Source of the DNA: Calditrichaceae bacterium | GTDB lineage: Bacteria; Calditrichota; Calditrichia; Calditrichales; JBFXGD01 | Assembly (NCBI GenBank): GCA_050178385.1 | Contig: JBFXGD010000133.1 | Coordinates: 1 to 10,027 of the forward strand | Reading direction: 5' to 3' | DNA length: 10,027 nucleotides | Shown here: one piece after another, positions 6,018 to 10,027 of the stretch | Position numbering within the stretch: the stretch's first letter is position 1 | Layout of the letters: each line of letters begins with the position of its first letter | Translations under genes and position numbers: made by a program | The notes under the pieces: model-generated | Told to the model about the DNA's origin: nothing | Seen by the model: the letters and a program-made list of their open reading frames with translations, nothing else | The model's database searches: none

Positions 6018-6350
6018 CTGAAACTCGTCCTATTTATTCTCAACAAAGAAGAAGAACTGGTGGAAGTGATGGAAGCATTTCTTGAACTCGGAATTACCGG
6101 CGCCACCATTCTGGATAGTGTTGGGATGGGAAGGATACTGGCCCATGATATCCCCATTTTCGCGGGATTTCGAAACCTGCTTCAGGACAGCCGTCCGGGA
6201 AATAAAACCATTCTCACGGTTGTTCCTGAAAACAAGGTTCAGCCTATGATCCGGGCTATTGAACAGACAGTCGGGAACCTTGATACATCCGGTAACGGTA
6301 TATTTGTTTCTATTCCTGTTGATTTTGTCAAAGGTCTTAAAATAGAATAA
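6018..6350 (+). CDS. PII-like (GlnB-fold) signal transduction protein, non-canonical; start uncertain (CTG 6018, ATT 5991 or GTG 6060)
   Basis: GITGATILDSVGMG resembles the PII motif GITGMTV.EV.G.G, and 'GNGIFVSIPV' resembles the PII B-loop GDGKIFV.PV. The frame is open upstream of 6060 and encodes (L)KLVLFILNKEEELVEV, which matches the first beta strand and helix expected for the PII fold. Confidence 0.75.
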   Translation: MKLVLFILNKEEELVEVMEAFLELGITGATILDSVGMGRILAHDIPIFAGFRNLLQDSRPGNKTILTVVPENKVQPMIRAIEQTVGNLDTSGNGIFVSIPVDFVKGLKIE

Positions 6351-6380
6351 TCATTTATATAATACTTACGAATTGCTTTA

Positions 6381-7841
6381 ATGAGCCGTTTAAGCACAGA
6401 TGACCTTGTTGGAAACTATAAAATTCTGAGTAAGATCGGTGAGGGCGGGATGGCGGAAATTTACAAAGCCATTCAACCCGCGCTAAAAAGAAACGTGGTC
6501 GTCAAAAAATTAAAAGATCCCAACCGTGAAATAATTGCCCGTTTCAAAAAAGAAGCCCTGCTGAGCGCCTCCTTCAATCATGAAAATCTTATCGCCATTT
6601 ATGACTTTATAAATAGCGGAAAATCCTATTTTCTGATCATGGAACATGTTGACGGCGAGGACCTAAGAACAATTATCGATTACATGTCTCCTTTACCGGT
6701 GCAGGTTGCCGCCCTTATCAGCTATGAGATCGCCAGAGGACTTCAATATACGCACTCCCAAAACATTATCCACAGGGACATAAAGCCAAGCAATATTCTT
6801 ATCTCTTACGACGGCAGCATCAAGCTCATCGATTTCGGTGTGGCAAAGGACGATACCGCGACCCGTCTGACAATGACAGGGCTTATTGTCGGCACACCGG
6901 CGTATATGTCTCCGGAACAGGCTAACGGGGAGCCGCTGAACGCCCAGAGCGACATTTACTCTCTTGGTATACTGCTGTACGAAATGCTGACGGGCGTGAA
7001 ACCCTTTCATGGTGAAAATAATACAGAGATTCTGGCTAAAATCGTCAGAAGTAAATATACGCCCCCGGAACGTATAAATCCTGCCGTACCTTACCGTCTG
7101 CGCCGGATAATAAAAAAGGCATTGAGGACGAACCGAAAAAAGCGCTACAAATCGTCGGCGGAACTCATTCATGATCTCGAAAGATTTATTCCCTGGCAAA
7201 AAAGAAGTCATAAAAAAGAACTGCTCGGCCGATTTTTAAACCAGTTAAATAAGAACGAACCGCCTTCAACTGACGACACAGTGAAATTCGCCATGCTCGC
7301 GAGGTCTCACAGTAAAATCTGGAGCGCTCTGCGCTATTTTATTATCACCGCGGTTCTGTACCTGATAGCACAGTTCTACTATCAGTTTTATATGAATGAA
7401 CTGGGATTTATCAAGCTGGAGGGGGTACAAAATAACGTGGAAATACGTCTGGATAAGAGCCGGTATAACAATTCCGGTGATTCGGCCCCGGTACTCGGTC
7501 CGGTGCTTGTAGGTTATCACGATCTGGAAATCAATGATGCGGCCAACAACAGCATCTTTATCGCCCGAATTCCCGTTACAGCCAATGATACATTCAGAGT
7601 TGAAATACAAACCCAAAAAAGCAATATGGTTCCAAGACTAAATATTGTGAGTAATCCGGATAATGCTGAGTTATCCATCGATGGACATCCCTGGAATGTC
7701 ACCCCGACGCGGAGTATTCAGCTAAAACCCGGTTTTCATACCATTGAGATACGAAAAGACGGATATATACCTATAAATGACAAACGATTCCTGCAGCAGG
7801 CTGAAAGCTATACCCTTCACTACACACTTCTTAAAAAATAG
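6381..7841 (+). CDS. Hanks-type Ser/Thr protein kinase with one TM helix and C-terminal PEGA domain(s)
   Basis: GEGGMAEIY Gly-loop, VVVKKL Lys, FKKEA alphaC Glu, HRDIKPSN, DFG, GTPAYMSPE and SDIYSLG. TM segment YFIITAVLYLIAQFYY. PEGA pattern LNIVSNPDNAELSIDG....VTP.....LKPGFHTIEIRKDGY. Confidence 0.93.
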   Translation: MSRLSTDDLVGNYKILSKIGEGGMAEIYKAIQPALKRNVVVKKLKDPNREIIARFKKEALLSASFNHENLIAIYDFINSGKSYFLIMEHVDGEDLRTIIDYMSPLPVQVAALISYEIARGLQYTHSQNIIHRDIKPSNILISYDGSIKLIDFGVAKDDTATRLTMTGLIVGTPAYMSPEQANGEPLNAQSDIYSLGILLYEMLTGVKPFHGENNTEILAKIVRSKYTPPERINPAVPYRLRRIIKKALRTNRKKRYKSSAELIHDLERFIPWQKRSHKKELLGRFLNQLNKNEPPSTDDTVKFAMLARSHSKIWSALRYFIITAVLYLIAQFYYQFYMNELGFIKLEGVQNNVEIRLDKSRYNNSGDSAPVLGPVLVGYHDLEINDAANNSIFIARIPVTANDTFRVEIQTQKSNMVPRLNIVSNPDNAELSIDGHPWNVTPTRSIQLKPGFHTIEIRKDGYIPINDKRFLQQAESYTLHYTLLKK

Positions 7842-7925
7842 CATATCATTTCCGGTGAACTTTGTTTTTATTTCCTCCCATAATTTTGTAAATTAAAGGT
7901 TATTTATAAAAGAAAGGGCCGAATT

Positions 7926-9197
7926 TTGAAGCAGCTCAAACGGATTAAAGGGACACAGGATATATTACCGGACGAATCTCCGGAGTGGATCGCGATTGAG
8001 AACGTGATTCGTGATGTGATGCAAACTTATAATTACAAAGAACTCAGGACTCCGGTCTTCGAAATGACGGAACTCTTTGCCAGGGGAATCGGCCAGTTAA
8101 CGGATATTGTATCAAAGGAAATGTACACTTTCCTGGACCGTGGAAAAAAGCAGCTGACTCTGAAGCCGGAGATGACCGCGCCAATAATCCGGGCATTTCT
8201 GGAAAATAAATTATACGCAATAAATCCGCTCAATAAATTTTACTATATCGCGCCACTGTTCAGACAGGAAAACCCGCAGGCAGGACGGCTAAGACAGTTC
8301 CATCAGTTCGGCGCCGAAATGCTGGGCTCCGCTGAACCGTTTGCCGATGTTGAAATGATCGACCTCGTTTGGACGGTTTATGACCGCATGGGCATCAAAA
8401 ATTTAAAACTAAAAATTAACAGTGTCGGTGATCCAACCTGCAGAGATCCATACAGAAAAACTCTGCAGAATTATCTGCGTCCCCTGCTGAGCGAATACTG
8501 CGAGGACTGTCAGAGACGGTTTGAAGAAAATCCCATGAGAATTCTTGACTGTAAAAATGAATCCTGCGCGGCATTAAATCAAAATGCCCCTAAACTCTCA
8601 GAACATCTCTGTGATGACTGCAGGGATCATTTCGAAAACCTTAAATCGGGCTTAGCCGCCATCGGGATCGGGTTCGAACTGGATCCTTTTCTGGTGCGCG
8701 GATTAGATTATTACACCCGCACCGTTTTTGAAATAAGCAGTAATGATCTTGGCGCACAAAACGCAATTTGCGGAGGCGGCAGATATGATCTTCTGTCTGT
8801 CGAACTGGGCGGAATTCCCGCGCCCGCAGTGGGCTTCGCATCGGGAATCGAGCGGATATTAATGGTATTGGATAAGCAAAAATTAAAATTGTCCGCTGAA
8901 GAGCGGATCGATATTTTTCTGGTGACTCTTGGAGCGGAGGCTCAGAAAGAGGGGCTTTACTGGCTAAAAAAATTCCGCTCCGCAGGCTGGAAGACAGAAC
9001 AGGATTATCTGGGCCGAAGTTTAAAGGCGCAAATGCGGGAAGCCAACCGCCAAAAGGCCCGTTATGTGATGATTCTCGGTGAAAACGAGCTCCAGGAACA
9101 GGTATTTTCAGTAAAATTAATGGATCAGGGCGACCAAATTAACGTACCGTTTGCTGACATTATATCCTTTCTTAAAAAGAGGCAAGATAATGCCTGA
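7926..9197 (+). CDS. hisS: Histidine--tRNA ligase
   Basis: TTG start after AAAGGG. Motifs KGTQDILP, RTPVFE.TELFARGIG, KEMYTF.D, LKPEMTA, motif 2 FRQENPQAGRLRQFHQFGAE, LVRGLDYYTRTVFE and GGGRYD, plus a C-terminal anticodon-binding domain (SLKAQMREAN). Confidence 0.98.
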   Translation: MKQLKRIKGTQDILPDESPEWIAIENVIRDVMQTYNYKELRTPVFEMTELFARGIGQLTDIVSKEMYTFLDRGKKQLTLKPEMTAPIIRAFLENKLYAINPLNKFYYIAPLFRQENPQAGRLRQFHQFGAEMLGSAEPFADVEMIDLVWTVYDRMGIKNLKLKINSVGDPTCRDPYRKTLQNYLRPLLSEYCEDCQRRFEENPMRILDCKNESCAALNQNAPKLSEHLCDDCRDHFENLKSGLAAIGIGFELDPFLVRGLDYYTRTVFEISSNDLGAQNAICGGGRYDLLSVELGGIPAPAVGFASGIERILMVLDKQKLKLSAEERIDIFLVTLGAEAQKEGLYWLKKFRSAGWKTEQDYLGRSLKAQMREANRQKARYVMILGENELQEQVFSVKLMDQGDQINVPFADIISFLKKRQDNA

Positions 9198-9215
9198 ATT
9201 TAGGTTTATCCATTG

Positions 9216-10027
9216 ATGAACGCGCGTAAGATCATGAACCTGACCAGAAAATTCAGAGTCTGGCAAATCAAAATTATCAGATCACTGTACAAGATTGATG
9301 CTCCGTCTGACCTCTACCTGTTATTTCTTGCCAGTCTGATCGGAATTTTAACGGGATTCGGCGCGTACTTTCTCAATATCATCGTGGACGGAGTGCATCA
9401 TATTCTTTTTGAGCAGGCCGGTTTCAGTATTTTTCCGGATATGATATCTGATTATCTTAGAATTTTATTCCCTGCGATCGGCGGACTCGCGGTGGGTCTG
9501 CTAACATATTATTTCTCACCGGAAGTAAAGGGACATGGAATTCCCGGTGTAATGGAATCAGTGGCCAATAAAGGCGGCATGATCAGGAGAAGGGTATCCA
9601 TACTCACTTCAATCAACTCCGGAACAACGATCGGATCGGGCGGTTCGGCCGGAAAGGAAGGACCGATTGTTCAAATTGGCGCCGCGATCGGCTCAGCGAT
9701 CGGTCAATATTTTCATGTTTCACAACAGAGACTTAAGATCCTTGTCGGGTGCGGAGCCGCGGCCGGATTAGCGGCGGTATTTAATGCCCCTATCGCTGGT
9801 GTGGTATTTACGGTCGAAATTATTCTTGCTGATTTCAGTCTGATGGCCTTCACCCCAATCGTGATATCCTCGGTGATAGCGACAGCAATTTCCAGACAGT
9901 TTATTGATTCAAGTCCCGTATTTTCAATCCCGTCATATTCTCTGAACAGCGTGTCAGAATATCCGCTCTATCTTCTGATGGGTCTTCTCGGAGGCGTAGT
10001 CGCGGTATTATTTATCAAAACGCTGTA
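9216..10027 (+). CDS. CLC (chloride channel/transporter) family protein, partial (runs off the right edge)
   Basis: Hand translation from ATG 9216 (alternative ATG 9234) is open to the edge: ...FPAIGGLAVG...SPEVKGHGIPGVME...TIGSGGSAGKEGPIVQIGAAIGS...LVGCGAAAGLAAVFNAPIAGVVFTVEII... These are the CLC signatures GxGIP, GKEGP and FNAP. Missing from the ORF track because it has no stop in the window. Confidence 0.95.
   Translation, partial: MNARKIMNLTRKFRVWQIKIIRSLYKIDAPSDLYLLFLASLIGILTGFGAYFLNIIVDGVHHILFEQAGFSIFPDMISDYLRILFPAIGGLAVGLLTYYFSPEVKGHGIPGVMESVANKGGMIRRRVSILTSINSGTTIGSGGSAGKEGPIVQIGAAIGSAIGQYFHVSQQRLKILVGCGAAAGLAAVFNAPIAGVVFTVEIILADFSLMAFTPIVISSVIATAISRQFIDSSPVFSIPSYSLNSVSEYPLYLLMGLLGGVVAVLFIKTL

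Noticed and set aside
6018..6350. Calling the PII-like gene glnB or glnK
   Set aside because: It lacks the T-loop Tyr, B-loop Lys and C-terminal RxR motif, and there is no adjacent amtB or glnA.
7842..7925. Possible T-box or attenuator leader upstream of hisS
   Set aside because: Only 84 nt long, with no UGGNACC T-box motif and no terminator/antiterminator hairpins. Only a TAAATT with a weak -35 is visible.
345..8841. Alternative ORFs in the track (345-542, 1608-1802, 1981-2223, 2707-3072, 3082-3327, 3489-3884, 3559-3768, 4631-4897, 4698-4961, 5050-5256, 5668-5913, 5921-6157, 6693-7211, 7266-7616, 7517-7702, 8033-8233, 8641-8841)
   Set aside because: All lie largely antisense or out of frame to well-supported genes and show no recognisable motifs, so they are treated as shadow ORFs.
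1..10027. CRISPR array, tRNA/rRNA, IS element, intrinsic terminators
   Set aside because: All intergenic gaps are at most about 155 nt and AT-rich. I saw no regularly spaced repeats, cloverleaf, transposase or convincing GC hairpin with U-tract.

Overview
Gene-dense bacterial chromosomal window with no recognisable mobile element, RNA gene or CRISPR array. The left part is on the - strand: a DUF2851 protein, a degenerate MgtC/SapB membrane protein, a small DUF350 membrane protein, an MltF-like lytic transglycosylase lipoprotein, and the start of a probable exported protein that runs off the left edge. An XRE/HTH regulator is divergent from DUF2851 and overlaps tail-to-tail with a second - strand unit (PTS EIIA, type I GGPP-synthase-like prenyltransferase, NlpC/P60 lipoprotein). 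A second PTS EIIA paralogue lies head-to-head with the first and starts a + strand run: EIIA, non-canonical PII-like protein, membrane Ser/Thr kinase with a PEGA domain, hisS, and a CLC anion transporter truncated at the right edge (missing from the ORF track). Four things stand out. (1) A stand-alone EIIA/EIIA/PII-like/Hanks-kinase cluster has no EIIB or EIIC in the window. (2) The PII-like gene appears to need a non-canonical CTG or ATT start. (3) Face-to-face promoters with palindromic operator-like sites lie between XRE and DUF2851. (4) DUF2851 carries a PD..ExH motif and a 1+3 Cys arrangement suggesting a metal/Fe-S nucleic-acid enzyme. All family calls come from recognising motifs by eye; no database search was run.
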